Below are positions 1 to 10,033 of a DNA stretch of 64,000 nt, piece after piece. Source of the stretch: an uncultured Spirochaetales bacterium (GTDB lineage Bacteria > Myxococcota_A > UBA9160 > SMWR01); assembly GCA_964624475.1 (NCBI GenBank), contig CAZUYC010000136.1:4040-68039 (forward strand). The letters are read 5' to 3'. The position numbers and the translations under genes are program-made. The notes below the pieces were generated by a model. It worked only from the letters and a program-made list of their open reading frames with translations. It was not told the origin of the DNA and searched no databases. Positions within the stretch are counted from its first letter, which is position 1, and the number at the start of each line of letters is the position of its first letter.

Positions 1-998
1 GCCGTGAGCCGCGCCGGATCCAGCGAGCGCAGGAAGCTCGCGAGCTCCGCCGTCCCCAGCGCGTCCGCACGCAGCGCCGCGGCGCTGCGATCCGGCGCCT
101 TGCCCTCGGCGACGAGCAGGCGCAACAGCACTTCGCGCGAGCTGTTCCGATGCCCCGGCTGCTGGATCTCGTCGGCGGCGTTCTCGCCCACGTAGCTCGG
201 CGTGGTGCCGATGCCGCCGCTCTGCGAAATCGCACGCTGAAACAGGCCCCGCGCAGGCGGCGAGAGCAGCAGGCTCATCACGTTCCGGCCACCCGCAGAC
301 TCCCCGAAGATCGTGAGGTTCTCGGGATCTCCGCCGAAGGCCGCGGCGTTCTCGCGCAGCCATTCGAGCGCGCGGATCAGATCCAGCGTGCCGAAGTTGC
401 CGGAGCGATCGTAGGCGTTCGCACCTTCGCCGCGGAGCGCCTCGTGACGGAACCAGCCGAGCGGCCCCAGCCGATAGTTCACGCTGACGACGAGCACGCG
501 CTGCGAGCTCGCGAGCCTGGCGCCGTCGTAGAAACGGCCGCTCCCGACGACGTTGCCGCCGCCGTGGATCCAGAGCATCACCGGCAGGCGCAGGGAGCCC
601 TCGGGAATCGAGTCCCCTGCAAAGGCCGGCGCCCAGAGGTTCAGGCTGAGGCAATCTTCGCTGCCGACGGGAACCCCGGGCGCGGCGTCGGAGGACCCTC
701 CGAACAGGCTCGCGAGCTGCGGGCAGATCGCTCCGAAGTCGAGCGCTTCGCGCGGCTGCGACCAGCGCGCCGCCGGCAGCGGCGCGCGCCAGCGCAGCTC
801 ACCGACCGGGGGCTGCGCGTAGGGAATCCCCTTCCACACATGGGTGTCGTACGCCCCTGCGGCCCCGATGACCTCTCCGGCGGGAAGCGGCCGGCGACTG
901 GCCTCGACGCGCGCGGGCACCGCCGCCGGCTGGGGATTCCGAGAGCACGCGATCGCAGCCACGAGCGCGACCGCGAGCCCGAATTTGGAGGGGACCAC
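1..998 (-). CDS. Carboxylesterase type B family lipoprotein (partial; C-terminus runs off the window start)
   Basis: Not in the ORF track because it has no stop inside the window. Hand translation of the minus strand from GTG at 998 gives VVPSKFGLAVALVAAIAC (signal/lipobox-like), then WIHGGGN and the nucleophile elbow FGESAGG (around 290-310). It starts 5 nt after the stop of the upstream gene at 1003. Confidence 0.8.
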   Translation of the reverse strand, partial: MVPSKFGLAVALVAAIACSRNPQPAAVPARVEASRRPLPAGEVIGAAGAYDTHVWKGIPYAQPPVGELRWRAPLPAARWSQPREALDFGAICPQLASLFGGSSDAAPGVPVGSEDCLSLNLWAPAFAGDSIPEGSLRLPVMLWIHGGGNVVGSGRFYDGARLASSQRVLVVSVNYRLGPLGWFRHEALRGEGANAYDRSGNFGTLDLIRALEWLRENAAAFGGDPENLTIFGESAGGRNVMSLLLSPPARGLFQRAISQSGGIGTTPSYVGENAADEIQQPGHRNSSREVLLRLLVAEGKAPDRSAAALRADALGTAELASFLRSLDPARLT

Positions 999-1002
999 AA
1001 GG

Positions 1003-1611
1003 CTAGGCGGCTTGGTTCTCGAGGCCGGCGGGATCGCTGCCGCGACGGCCGAGCTGCCAGCGATCGGAGCCGTCGCGGAACAGCGCCACGGCCGTGCCGA
1101 GCTGAGGCTCGAGGACAGGCAGCACGGCGCCCGCAAGCCGCTCCGCGAGCGTCCGGATCACGCCCTTGTGCAGCACGGCGAGCACGCAGAGGGCGCCACT
1201 CGTCTCGAGCCGCGCGAGCCCACGCAGCACGCGCGCCTGGAATTCCGCGCGATGCTCGCCGCCCGGGAACTCGAAGCCCGCCGCGCGCGCTTGCCAGTCG
1301 CGGTAGAGCACCGGATCGCGGGCTTCGATCTCCTGCTTCGTGAGTCCTTCCCAGCGACCGAAGTCGATCTCCCGGAACTCGTTCGCGATCCAGATCGGAA
1401 CGCCCGGCACCAGCGCGCGTGCCGCCGCGAAGGAGCGCTGCAACGGACTTGCCGCGAGAAGATCGAAGCTCTCTCGGCGCAGCAACGCTCGCGCGCGCTG
1501 CATCTGCGCACATCCCTCCGGAGCGAGTGCGACGTCGCTGCGGCCGTGGAAGCGCTCGCTCGAGCGTCCTTGCGTCTCGCCGTGGCGCACGAGCACGAGT
1601 CTGCGCAGCAT
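1003..1611 (-). CDS. Histidine phosphatase (phosphoglycerate mutase-like) family protein
   Basis: This is the 3' part of track ORF 1003..2184. It starts at ATG 1611 (MLRRLVLVRHGETQ, the RHG catalytic motif). The upstream part of the long ORF is low-complexity. Confidence 0.85.
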   Translation of the reverse strand: MLRRLVLVRHGETQGRSSERFHGRSDVALAPEGCAQMQRARALLRRESFDLLAASPLQRSFAAARALVPGVPIWIANEFREIDFGRWEGLTKQEIEARDPVLYRDWQARAAGFEFPGGEHRAEFQARVLRGLARLETSGALCVLAVLHKGVIRTLAERLAGAVLPVLEPQLGTAVALFRDGSDRWQLGRRGSDPAGLENQAA

Positions 1612-1738
1612 CCCCCCGAAGCTCCTTTCACGAGAAAGCGCGGCGAGCATAGCGGGCTCGGCGCTCGGGGGTTGCCCCCGCAGCGTTCTCGAACGATGGG
1701 ACCTAGACTGCGGCCCGAGCTCGCATGGGGGGAATCGG

Positions 1739-3115
1739 GTGGGTGTTCGCAGTGTGTTCGCAGCTGCCGTTGCGATCGGGATCGCCGCGCTCGGCGCGCT
1801 CGCATGGACCCGCCTCGAGGGCGGCGCCCCTGCAGCAACGGGTCCCGAACAGATCGTGGTCGGGACCGAGGGCCGGGACATCGCGATCGCACTGCGCGAC
1901 GAGGGCATGGGCCTGAAGCGCGTCAGCGCCCGGCTGCTGCATGCCAAGGGTGAGGCCGTGCTGCTCGCGCAGGAGCTGCCGGGCAGCTGGTTCTCGGGCA
2001 GCCTCGAACGCGAGCGCGACGTCTCGCTTCGCATCGATCCCAAGAGCCTGGGGCTCGCCGACGGCAGCGCCCGGCTGCTCGTCGAGGTCGAAGACTGGTC
2101 GTGGCGGCGCAACGCCAGCCTGCTCGAGATCCCGGTCGAGATCGACCGTGTCCCGCCGCGCGTCGCGGTGTTGTCGGGCCTCACCTACATCGACCAGGGC
2201 GGTTCGGCCGCGGTCGTCTACCAGATCTCCGAGCAGACGCAGCTCGATGGCGTCGAGGTCTCCGGCGCGAATGGCAGCGTCTTCTATCCCGGCTACGCAT
2301 TCCCAGCTCCGGCCCCGGGTGGGCCGGAAGGCGCTGCGACTGCGGTGCCGGAACGGGGCCAGCGCATCGCGATCTTCGCACTCGAGCGCGACGCGGGCAT
2401 GGACGCCGCGATCTCGGTGCTCGCGGCTGACGCCGCCGGCAACCAGGCCCGCGCCCGCTGGAACCTGGTGCAGAAGCCGCGCATGTTTCCGCAGGGCAAC
2501 GTGACCTTGCCGGCCTCCTTCCTGCGCGACGTCGTGCCCGCGCTCGCGAGCCAGGGCGGCATCGACGTCAGCGACCCGGTCGCGGCCTTCCACCAGGTCA
2601 ATACGGAAATGCGGCGCGCGAACGAGAAGCAGATCCGCGAGCAGCTCGCCGAATCCGAAGCTCGCCCGCTCTGGACGGGAGCCTTCCAGCAGCTCGCGAA
2701 TTCGAAGGTCACGAGCCGCTTCGCCGAGGCGCGCCTGTACTTCGTCGAGGGCCAGAAGATCTCGAACGCGATCCACTACGGCTACGACCTCGCGTCCCTC
2801 GCGGGTGCCGACATCACGGCGGCAAATACTGGCCGCGTGCGATATGCGGGCGATCTCGGGATCTACGGCGGCTGCGTGCTCGTCGACCACGGGCTCGGTG
2901 TCGCTTCGCTCTACGGCCACCTGTCGCGCATCGACGCGCATCCGGGCGATCAGGTCGCGAAGGGCCAGCGCATCGGCCTCTCCGGCGCGACCGGCCTGGC
3001 CGGCGGCGATCATCTGCACTTCGCGATCCTGGTCGGGCCTACCTACGTGGATCCAGTGGAGTGGTGGGACGCGAAATGGGTGCGCGAGCACGTGGACGCA
3101 CAGCTGGGGCGCTAG
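1739..3115 (+). CDS. M23 family metallopeptidase with N-terminal membrane anchor
   Basis: This is the 3' part of track ORF 1340..3115. An in-frame GTG at 1739 precedes the helix VFAAAVAIGIAALGALAW. The C-terminus carries M23 signatures (VDHGLGVASLYGHLS, GATGLAGGDHLHF). The start is uncertain by a few codons. Confidence 0.8.
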   Translation: MGVRSVFAAAVAIGIAALGALAWTRLEGGAPAATGPEQIVVGTEGRDIAIALRDEGMGLKRVSARLLHAKGEAVLLAQELPGSWFSGSLERERDVSLRIDPKSLGLADGSARLLVEVEDWSWRRNASLLEIPVEIDRVPPRVAVLSGLTYIDQGGSAAVVYQISEQTQLDGVEVSGANGSVFYPGYAFPAPAPGGPEGAATAVPERGQRIAIFALERDAGMDAAISVLAADAAGNQARARWNLVQKPRMFPQGNVTLPASFLRDVVPALASQGGIDVSDPVAAFHQVNTEMRRANEKQIREQLAESEARPLWTGAFQQLANSKVTSRFAEARLYFVEGQKISNAIHYGYDLASLAGADITAANTGRVRYAGDLGIYGGCVLVDHGLGVASLYGHLSRIDAHPGDQVAKGQRIGLSGATGLAGGDHLHFAILVGPTYVDPVEWWDAKWVREHVDAQLGR

Positions 3116-4200
3116 GCCGCTTCCGCTGGGACCCTGCCGGCCGCGCCGCACTGCGCGCTCGGCTGTTGCGCTGGTACCGCGCGAATCGCCGCGACCTGCC
3201 CTGGCGCCGCACTCGCGACCCCTACGCGATCTGGATCTCCGAAGCGATGCTGCAACAGACGCGCGTCGAGACCGTGATCCCGTACTACGAGCGCTTCCTC
3301 GAGCGCTTCCCCGACATCCAGGCCCTCGCGACCGCAGACCTGGACGACGTGCTCGGGGAGTGGGCCGGTCTCGGCTACTACTCGCGCGCGCGCAATCTGC
3401 AGGCGGCCGCCGCGGACGTCGCCGTTCGCTTCGGCGGCCAGCTGCCGCGAGAAGTCGACGAGCTCCTGACCCTCCCCGGTGTCGGCCCTTACACGGCTGG
3501 AGCCGTCGCCTCGATCGCCTTCGATCGCCCGGTTCCGGCCCTGGACGGCAATGGGATCCGCGTGCTCTCGCGCATCCTCGAACTGCGCGAGGACGTGAGC
3601 CGCCCCGCGGTGCAGCAGCGGCTGTGGGACGCGGCCTCTGCACTCGCAATGGGGCCAAAGCCCGGCGACCTGAATCAGGCCCTGATGGAGCTCGGCGCGA
3701 CGCTGTGCACGCCCCGCGCGCCGCGCTGCCAAGCCTGCCCCGTGCGCGAGCACTGCGCGGCGCAGCGCCGTGGCAATCCCGAGCGGCTCCCGATCAAGGC
3801 GCCGCGCAGGACTGCGCGACGCGTCGAGGCCTGCGCCGGTCTGCTATTGCGACGCGGTCGCGCGCTGCTGGTGCAGCGGCCGGCGGGAGGATTGCTAGGT
3901 GGGCTCTGGGAGCTGCCCGGGGGCGATCTCGCGCGCGGCGAAACTCCCGAGCAGGCGCTGCGCCGCGCAGTGCGCGAGCGGGTCGGCCTCGAGCTCGCAT
4001 CGGCTCGCCACGTCGGCAGCGTCGATCACGTCTTCACGCACCTCCGGCTCGAGCTGCACCTGTTCCGCTGTGGCGAGCTGCGCGGGCGCACGCGCATCTC
4101 GGACTATCAGAGTCACCGCTGGTTGCCGGAGGCACGCCTGCTCTCGCTGCCACACGCGGCGCTGCTCGCGAAGGCCGCGGCGCTGCTCGAGCTGCACTGA
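3076..4200 (+). CDS. mutY: A/G-specific adenine DNA glycosylase MutY
   Basis: It has LPWRRTRDPYAIWISEAMLQQTRV and the HhH-GPD region LPGVGPYTAGA. The 4Fe-4S loop is CTPRAPRCQACPVREHC, and the C-terminus has a NUDIX-like GGLWELPGG. Possible starts are ATG 3076 or GTG 3061; both overlap the M23 gene end. Confidence 0.9.
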   Translation: MGARARGRTAGALGRFRWDPAGRAALRARLLRWYRANRRDLPWRRTRDPYAIWISEAMLQQTRVETVIPYYERFLERFPDIQALATADLDDVLGEWAGLGYYSRARNLQAAAADVAVRFGGQLPREVDELLTLPGVGPYTAGAVASIAFDRPVPALDGNGIRVLSRILELREDVSRPAVQQRLWDAASALAMGPKPGDLNQALMELGATLCTPRAPRCQACPVREHCAAQRRGNPERLPIKAPRRTARRVEACAGLLLRRGRALLVQRPAGGLLGGLWELPGGDLARGETPEQALRRAVRERVGLELASARHVGSVDHVFTHLRLELHLFRCGELRGRTRISDYQSHRWLPEARLLSLPHAALLAKAAALLELH

Positions 4201-4210
4201 GGCCCTGGCC

Positions 4211-4795
4211 GTGGCCCGTCGATCCAAGCGCGGCGCTCGCGGCCAGGCAGTGCGCTGCGAGCCCGCGCCCGCACCCGCGGAGCCGACCGCGGAGCGCTTC
4301 GCCGATCTGATCGGAGATGTGAGGCGACCCCCGCATGCGGGAGCTCGAGCCGCCGCGGTGCCGAATCCGAAGCGCAGAACCCGGCGCGTGGCAGAGCCCG
4401 CTGCGATCGCGTTCCGGATCGAGCGCGAGGGAGAGCGCTTCTCGGGCCTCGCGCCGGGAGGCGACAGAAAACAGCTGCGGCGCCTGCGCCGCGGGGAATA
4501 CGCAGCCGAGCGGCGCGTCGACCTCCACGGTCTCGACGCCGCCGACGCGCGCCGCGCGCTGCGCGTCACCCTGCGCAGCGCGCTCGAGGCGGAGCTGCGC
4601 TGTCTGCTCGTGATCCACGGCCGGGGCCTGCACTCGCAGGGCGCGCCGCGCCTGCGCGAATTGCTGCCCGAGTGGCTCGCCGAAGCGCCGCACGGGCAGG
4701 ACGTGCTGGCCTTCGCGAGCGCGAGGCCCGAACACGGCGGCGGCGGCGCCTGCTACGTGCTGCTGCGCCGGCGCCGCCGTATGCTCGGCGCGTGA
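4211..4795 (+). CDS. Smr domain protein (SmrB/YfcN-like endonuclease)
   Basis: This is the 3' part of track ORF 3899..4795. An in-frame GTG at 4211 follows the mutY stop. The Smr domain reads [15 protein letters not shown]...[11 protein letters not shown]. Its stop overlaps the aroC start (GTGA). Confidence 0.75.
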   Translation: MARRSKRGARGQAVRCEPAPAPAEPTAERFADLIGDVRRPPHAGARAAAVPNPKRRTRRVAEPAAIAFRIEREGERFSGLAPGGDRKQLRRLRRGEYAAERRVDLHGLDAADARRALRVTLRSALEAELRCLLVIHGRGLHSQGAPRLRELLPEWLAEAPHGQDVLAFASARPEHGGGGACYVLLRRRRRMLGA

Positions 4796-5889
4796 GCAGC
4801 AACAGCGGCCAGCTCTTTCGCATCACGACCTTCGGCGAGAGCCACGGCGGCGGTGTCGGTGTGGTCGTCGACGGCTGCCCGCCGCGCCTCGAGCTCTCCG
4901 CGGCCGAGATCCAGCGCGATCTCGACCGCCGGCGGCCGGGCCAGAGCCGGCTTACCACACCGCGCCAGGAAGCCGATCGCGTCGAGATCCTTTCCGGCGT
5001 CTTCGAAGGCCGCACGCTCGGCACGCCGATCGCGCTGCTCGTGCGCAACGAGGACGCTCGCCCGCAGGCCTACGAACACATGCGCGAGCTCTTCCGGCCC
5101 TCGCACGCGGACTACACGACCGAAGCGAAGTATGGGATCCGCAACTGGCAGGGCGGCGGCCGTGCGAGCGCAAGAGAGACGATCGGGCGCGTCGCAGCCG
5201 GCGCGATTGCGCGCCGGCTGCTCGCGACCACGGGCATCGAAGTGCTGGCCTGGGTGCAGCGCGTGCAGGACATCGAGGCCAAACTGGATCCGGCGCAGGT
5301 CACGCTCGCGGCCGTCGAAGACAATCTCGTGCGCTGCCCCGAGCCCGCGGTCGCGCGCGAAATGACCTCTCGCATCGACGCCGCACGGCGACGCGGCGAT
5401 TCGCTGGGCGGCGTGGTCGAGTGCGTCGCGCGTGGCGTGCCGCCGGGGCTCGGAGAGCCCGTCTTCCACAAGCTCGAAGCCGAGCTCGCGGCGGCGCTGA
5501 TGTCGCTGCCGGCGTCGAAGGGTTTCGAGATCGGCAGCGGCTTCGCGGGCACGCTGCTCTCGGGCATCGACCACAACGATCCCTTCGTTCCGGGCCCGGA
5601 CGGCCGCCCGCGCACGGCCTCGAACCGCTCGGGCGGCGTGCAGGGCGGCATCAGCAACGGCGAGGACATCGTGCTGCGCGTGGCCTTCAAGCCGACGGCC
5701 ACGATCGCGCTCGCACAGCAGACCGTCACGCGCGGCGGGGACGTCGCGACCCTCGAGGCCCAGGGCCGGCACGACCCCTGCGTGCTGCCGCGCGCGGTGC
5801 CGATGGTCGAGGCGATGGTCTGCCTCGTGCTCGCCGACCACTGGCTGCGCCAGCGAGCGGTCGACGTGCTGCCGCGACTCCCCGACTGA
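4792..5889 (+). CDS. aroC: Chorismate synthase
   Basis: GTG at 4792 gives [36 protein letters not shown], and [18 protein letters not shown]. This is a full-length AroC pattern. Confidence 0.95.
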   Translation: MSSNSGQLFRITTFGESHGGGVGVVVDGCPPRLELSAAEIQRDLDRRRPGQSRLTTPRQEADRVEILSGVFEGRTLGTPIALLVRNEDARPQAYEHMRELFRPSHADYTTEAKYGIRNWQGGGRASARETIGRVAAGAIARRLLATTGIEVLAWVQRVQDIEAKLDPAQVTLAAVEDNLVRCPEPAVAREMTSRIDAARRRGDSLGGVVECVARGVPPGLGEPVFHKLEAELAAALMSLPASKGFEIGSGFAGTLLSGIDHNDPFVPGPDGRPRTASNRSGGVQGGISNGEDIVLRVAFKPTATIALAQQTVTRGGDVATLEAQGRHDPCVLPRAVPMVEAMVCLVLADHWLRQRAVDVLPRLPD

Positions 5890-5918
5890 ACCCGCGCGCG
5901 CCCCGGTCTGGGGGCAGC

Positions 5919-6299
5919 TCAGGGCAGCAGCGAGAAGCCCGCGACGCTCGCGAGCGCGGCGAGCAGGAATGCCGCGAGGCCCAGCCACGCGTGCGCGTCG
6001 AAAGCGCGGCTCTTGCCCTCTTCGAGGCGGTGACCTAGCACAGCTGCCGCGGAGCAGAGAGCGACCACGCCGACTGCGAGCGCCCCGTGGAAGCTGCGCA
6101 GCGGCTCCCAACCGCGCAGCCACAGCGAAGAGAGCAGCCCGAGCAGGCCCCCCGACAGAATCAGCGCGACGGCGGGCTTCGCGAGGCGCAGATGCCGCGG
6201 GCGCAGCTCGCTCGATCGCCGCTCACGGCGCTGGCGCGAGCGGCGCAACGCGAGACCGCTGCGCAGCGCGAGGCCGGCCAGCAGCAGCGACGCCAGCAT
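5919..6299 (-). CDS. Small polytopic membrane protein (DUF4079-like)
   Basis: The 126-aa ORF has about 4 hydrophobic helices and high GC3. It lies in the same frame as the upstream gene, separated by one TAG (see findings). The start is uncertain. Confidence 0.6.
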   Translation of the reverse strand: MLASLLLAGLALRSGLALRRSRQRRERRSSELRPRHLRLAKPAVALILSGGLLGLLSSLWLRGWEPLRSFHGALAVGVVALCSAAAVLGHRLEEGKSRAFDAHAWLGLAAFLLAALASVAGFSLLP

Positions 6300-6359
6300 C
6301 CAGGCCGGATGGATATGGGCGAGCCACCAGGCCGCCGGATCTTTCGCCGTCGGATCCAG

Positions 6360-7103
6360 CTACTCGACCCGGAAGATCGACTCGGGGGGCAGGCGCCGCA
6401 ACAGATCGTCGAGTGCGCTCTGCAGGTAGCTGTCGTCGCGCGACTCGAGCGTCAGCAGCACGTTCCAATCTTTTTCGGCGAGGCGCGGATAGGAACCCAG
6501 CAGGAGCTCGGGAAAGCGACTCAGCAGCGCGTCGAGATCCGGAGCGATATCGCTCTCGCGGGCCTTGACGAAGACGCGCCTCAGCACGAAGGGAATGCCG
6601 CGGAAGCGCTCGCGCGCGGACTGGAACTTCTTGTGCAGGAGCTCCGGAACACCCGGAAAGATGTGCACGTTTTCGACCACGACGAGCGGGAACCACAGAT
6701 CGCCGGCGTCGAGCAGCACGGCGCCCGCGGGCACCATCGCCATCTTGAGCTGGGCCTGGCTCGGGCGTTCTCCGTTGGCGCGCGTGAGGCGATCTTCGAT
6801 CGAGTGCGAGAGCTCGAGGCCGCGGCCGAACGCTGCCGCGACTCCGTCGATCGTGAGGTCGTCATGGGTGGGACCGATCCCGCCCGAGGTGAAGACGAAA
6901 TCGAAGCTCTGGCTCATCTCGCGCACGTGCGCCGCGATCGTCGCGATCTCGTCGGGGATCGTCACGATGCGGAGCACGTCGACGCCGAGCACGCGCAGCT
7001 CACGGCACAGATACGGGGAGTTGGAATCGACCACCTTCCCCGACAGGATCTCGTTCCCGATCACCAGGATCCCGGCCGTCGGCATCGCGGCAATGTACCC
7101 CAT
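6360..7103 (-). CDS. CinA-like / MoCF-biosynthesis (molybdopterin-binding) domain protein
   Basis: It has AGILVIGNEILSGKVVDSNSPYL and FTSGGIGPTHDDLT, typical of the MoaB/MogA/CinA N-terminal fold. An alternative start is ATG 7085. Confidence 0.8.
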   Translation of the reverse strand: MGYIAAMPTAGILVIGNEILSGKVVDSNSPYLCRELRVLGVDVLRIVTIPDEIATIAAHVREMSQSFDFVFTSGGIGPTHDDLTIDGVAAAFGRGLELSHSIEDRLTRANGERPSQAQLKMAMVPAGAVLLDAGDLWFPLVVVENVHIFPGVPELLHKKFQSARERFRGIPFVLRRVFVKARESDIAPDLDALLSRFPELLLGSYPRLAEKDWNVLLTLESRDDSYLQSALDDLLRRLPPESIFRVE

Positions 7104-7228
7104 CCGATCTGCCGGAAACGGCGCGGACTCCGACGGGCGACGACTCAGGGGCCGTCCCGGCTGCGCCGCGCCGCACCCAGGCCGCGACCTGCGCGGACGG
7201 TCGAAGATGCGCGATAAGCTCCGCCCTG

Positions 7229-8437
7229 ATGTCGACCTACGACTCTTCCGATCATTCCGGGCAGCGTTTCGAAACCCGTGCGATCCACGCCGGCCAGGCC
7301 GCGGACCCCGCGACGGGCGCCACCATCGTGCCGGTCTATCAGACCGTCACCTACACCCAGGACGCGATCGGCCAGCACCGCGGCTTCGAGTACTCGCGCA
7401 CGAACAACCCGACCCGCGAAGCGCTCGAGCAGGCGCTCGCATCGCTCGAGGGCGGCCGCTTCGGCATCGCCTACGCCTCGGGCATGGCAGCGATCCACGG
7501 CGTGATGCAGCTGCTCCAGGCCGGAGATCACGTGGTCGTGGCCGACGACCTCTACGGCGGCAGCTATCGCCTGTTCACGCGCGTGATGCCGCGCTTCGGG
7601 CTGCGCTTCCGCTTCGTCGATGCCACCCGACTCGATCTGGTCGCGCAGGCGATGGAGCCCGGCACGCGCATGCTCTGGATCGAGAGCCCGACGAATCCGC
7701 TGCTGCGCATCGTGGACATCGCTGGCTGCGCCGAGATCGCGCGCGCGCGCGGAGCCAGGCTCGTGGTCGACAACACCTTCGCGACGCCCTATCTCCAGAA
7801 TCCGCTCGCGCTCGGCGCGCACATCTCGCTGCACTCGACGACGAAGTACGTAGGTGGACACTCCGACGTGATCGGCGGCGCGCTCGCGCTCGACGACGAG
7901 GAGACGGATCGCGAGCTGCGCTTCGCGCGCAACGCGACGGGCGGCATCCCGGGCCCCTGGGATGCCTGGCTCACGCTGCGCGGGCTGAAGACGCTGGCCC
8001 TGCGCATGCGCCAGCACCAGGAGAACGCGGCCGCAGTCGCGCGTTTCCTGTGCACGCGGCGCGAAATCGCACGCGTGTACTACCCCGGACTCCCGGATCA
8101 CCCGGGCCACGAGCTGGCGCTGCGGCAGATGCGCGGAATGGGCGGGATGGTCGCGATCGACCTCGCGGGCGGCGAGGCAGCGGCGCGCCGGTTCTGCGAG
8201 TCGACGCAGCTCTTCTCGCTAGGCGAGAGCCTCGGAGGCGTCGAGTCGCTGGTCGGCTACCCGTGGAGCATGAGCCACGCCGCGTTCCCGCCCGAAGAAA
8301 AGCGCCGCAAGGGAATCAGCGAGGCGACCGTGCGCCTCTCGGTCGGCATCGAGCACGCGGACGACCTGTGCGCCGATCTCGAGCGCGCGTGTACTGCGGC
8401 CGCAGGACCCTCGGCGGGGCGCGCAGGCTCGGCGTGA
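7229..8437 (+). CDS. PLP-dependent Cys/Met metabolism enzyme (cystathionine gamma-synthase / beta- or gamma-lyase family)
   Basis: It has ETRAIHAGQ, YSRTNNPTREALE, and the PLP-lysine region STTKYVGGHSDVIGG. The subfamily cannot be assigned by eye. Confidence 0.9.
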   Translation: MSTYDSSDHSGQRFETRAIHAGQAADPATGATIVPVYQTVTYTQDAIGQHRGFEYSRTNNPTREALEQALASLEGGRFGIAYASGMAAIHGVMQLLQAGDHVVVADDLYGGSYRLFTRVMPRFGLRFRFVDATRLDLVAQAMEPGTRMLWIESPTNPLLRIVDIAGCAEIARARGARLVVDNTFATPYLQNPLALGAHISLHSTTKYVGGHSDVIGGALALDDEETDRELRFARNATGGIPGPWDAWLTLRGLKTLALRMRQHQENAAAVARFLCTRREIARVYYPGLPDHPGHELALRQMRGMGGMVAIDLAGGEAAARRFCESTQLFSLGESLGGVESLVGYPWSMSHAAFPPEEKRRKGISEATVRLSVGIEHADDLCADLERACTAAAGPSAGRAGSA

Positions 8438-8838
8438 GCCACGGCGCGGCGGAGCGCGCGCTGCTGCTCGTCGACCACGGCAGCCGCCGCGTCGAGGCGA
8501 ACCAGGTGCTCGAGGAACTCGCGGCCGCCGTGCGCGCGCGACGGCCCGGAGAGCGCGTGGCCACGGCCCACCTCGAGCTCGCGGCGCCCGGGGTTTCCGA
8601 AGCGATCGACGCGCTGATCGCCGGCGGAGCGCGCGAGATCGTCGTCCAACCCTGTTTCGTCGCGCCCGGACGCCACGGCAGCGCCGACATCGCGCGGCTG
8701 GTCCACGAGGCTTGCCTGCGGCATCCCGGCGTCCAGCTGCGCGCGGGCGCGCCGCTGGGAGCGCACCCGGGACTCGTCGACGCACTTCTCGAGCGCGCAG
8801 ACGCGGCCCTGCGCGCAGCGCAGGGCCGTGCTGACTGA
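8434..8838 (+). CDS. cbiX: CbiX/SirB-type sirohydrochlorin chelatase (short form)
   Basis: This is the 3' part of track ORF 6565..8838. GTG at 8434 overlaps the upstream stop (GTGA). The sequence reads LLLVDHGSRRVEAN...VVQPCFVAPGRH. Confidence 0.75.
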   Translation: MSHGAAERALLLVDHGSRRVEANQVLEELAAAVRARRPGERVATAHLELAAPGVSEAIDALIAGGAREIVVQPCFVAPGRHGSADIARLVHEACLRHPGVQLRAGAPLGAHPGLVDALLERADAALRAAQGRAD

Positions 8839-10033
8839 GCGCTTGCCTCCCAAACTCGCCCTGTCGCTGCTGTGGTTCTTCGCGTTGGGTGGCATCGGCA
8901 TCCACATGCCGCTCTACGGGCTCTACCTCGAGCAGAACGTGGGGCTCTCGGGAAGCCAGGTGGGTACCGTGCTCGCGAGCGTGCCGCTGGTCGGAATGCT
9001 CTCGCAGCCACTCTGGGGCCTGCTCTCCGATCGCAGCGGATCACGGGCCTTCGTACTCGCGCTGATCGCGACCGCGACGGCCGTATGTTATTTAGTTCTG
9101 GCATCGGCGCGGGGTTTCTCCGCGGTGCTCGCGGGCACCGCGCTGCTCGCCTGTTCGGCGACCGCGCTGATCCCGAGCTGCGTCGCCGTCAGTCTCGAGC
9201 TCTGCGGCAGCGCTGCATTCGCCCGGCTGCGCGTCTTCGGGACGCTCGGATTCGGGGCCTGCCTGGTCGCCTTCCAGCCCTTGCTCGCCGCCTATCAGAG
9301 CGCCGGCGGGCTCGCGGCCGAAGCGGGTGGCCCCTCGCAGCCCGGCCTCGCGTTGATCTTCCCGGCGACCTGCGCCTGCACGCTGCTCGCTGTGTTGTTC
9401 GCGTTCGCGCTGCCGCGCGGAAGCGCTTCGCCGCGAGCGCAACCGGGCGACTGGCGCGCGCTCTGGCGCGTCGCGGGGTTCCCGCGCGCGGTCGCCTTCG
9501 GGTTGCTCTCGCATCTCTTCTTGCAGGGGCCCCTCGCGATGCTTCCGAACCTGATCGCCGCGCGCGGCGGCGGCGCCCGCGAAGTCAGCTGGATCTGGCT
9601 CGCGATGCTCTCGCTCGAGGTGCCGCTGCTCCTGCTCTCCGGCGCGGGGATCGCGCGCATCGGAGCGCGCGGGCTGCTCGCCGTGGGGATGCTCGCGGGC
9701 GGCCTGCGCTTTGGCCTGTGTGGCGCACGGCCCGACCTGTTCTGGGTCTTTGCTACGGCACCACTGCACGGCGTCACCGTCGCCGGATTGCAGGTCGGTC
9801 TCGCGCTGCACGTCGAGGCCACGGTCCCGGCGCGGCTGCGCTCGACCGCGCAGAACGCGGTGGCCGCCTTCGGCATGGGGCTCGGCGGCATGCTCTCGAG
9901 CCTCGCGACGGGCGCGCTCTTCGAGAGCCAGGGCGCGGCAGCGCCCTATCTGCTCGGGGGTGCCGGCGCACTCGCGCTCGCGCTGGCCGTACCGCTCTTC
10001 GTTCCCCGGGTCCGACTAACGCAGATCCGATAG
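8828..10033 (+). CDS. MFS transporter
   Basis: The 401-aa ORF has about 12 hydrophobic segments and the MFS loop motif GLLSDRSGSR. Confidence 0.85.
   Translation: MLTERLPPKLALSLLWFFALGGIGIHMPLYGLYLEQNVGLSGSQVGTVLASVPLVGMLSQPLWGLLSDRSGSRAFVLALIATATAVCYLVLASARGFSAVLAGTALLACSATALIPSCVAVSLELCGSAAFARLRVFGTLGFGACLVAFQPLLAAYQSAGGLAAEAGGPSQPGLALIFPATCACTLLAVLFAFALPRGSASPRAQPGDWRALWRVAGFPRAVAFGLLSHLFLQGPLAMLPNLIAARGGGAREVSWIWLAMLSLEVPLLLLSGAGIARIGARGLLAVGMLAGGLRFGLCGARPDLFWVFATAPLHGVTVAGLQVGLALHVEATVPARLRSTAQNAVAAFGMGLGGMLSSLATGALFESQGAAAPYLLGGAGALALALAVPLFVPRVRLTQIR

Noticed and set aside
150-1343. A long plus-strand ORF (397 aa), plus many similar Arg/Ala/Pro-rich ORFs across the track. Examples are 641..1513, 1703..3658, 3899..4569, 11295..12686, 12749..14386, 16725..18071, 18206..20320, 20540..22810, 32208..35306, 41141..43684, 43284..46202 and 54897..58142.
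   Set aside because: They have low-complexity composition and no recognisable motifs. They lie antisense to or out of frame with genes that carry clear family signatures. Such open frames are the expected artefact of very high GC content.
7104-7228. A possible SAM-type riboswitch upstream of the cystathionine synthase/lyase gene (an AAGCT near the start codon).
   Set aside because: I could not recognise a SAM-I four-way junction signature or a SAM-II/SAM-V pseudoknot consensus. The region is short and doubles as a divergent promoter region.
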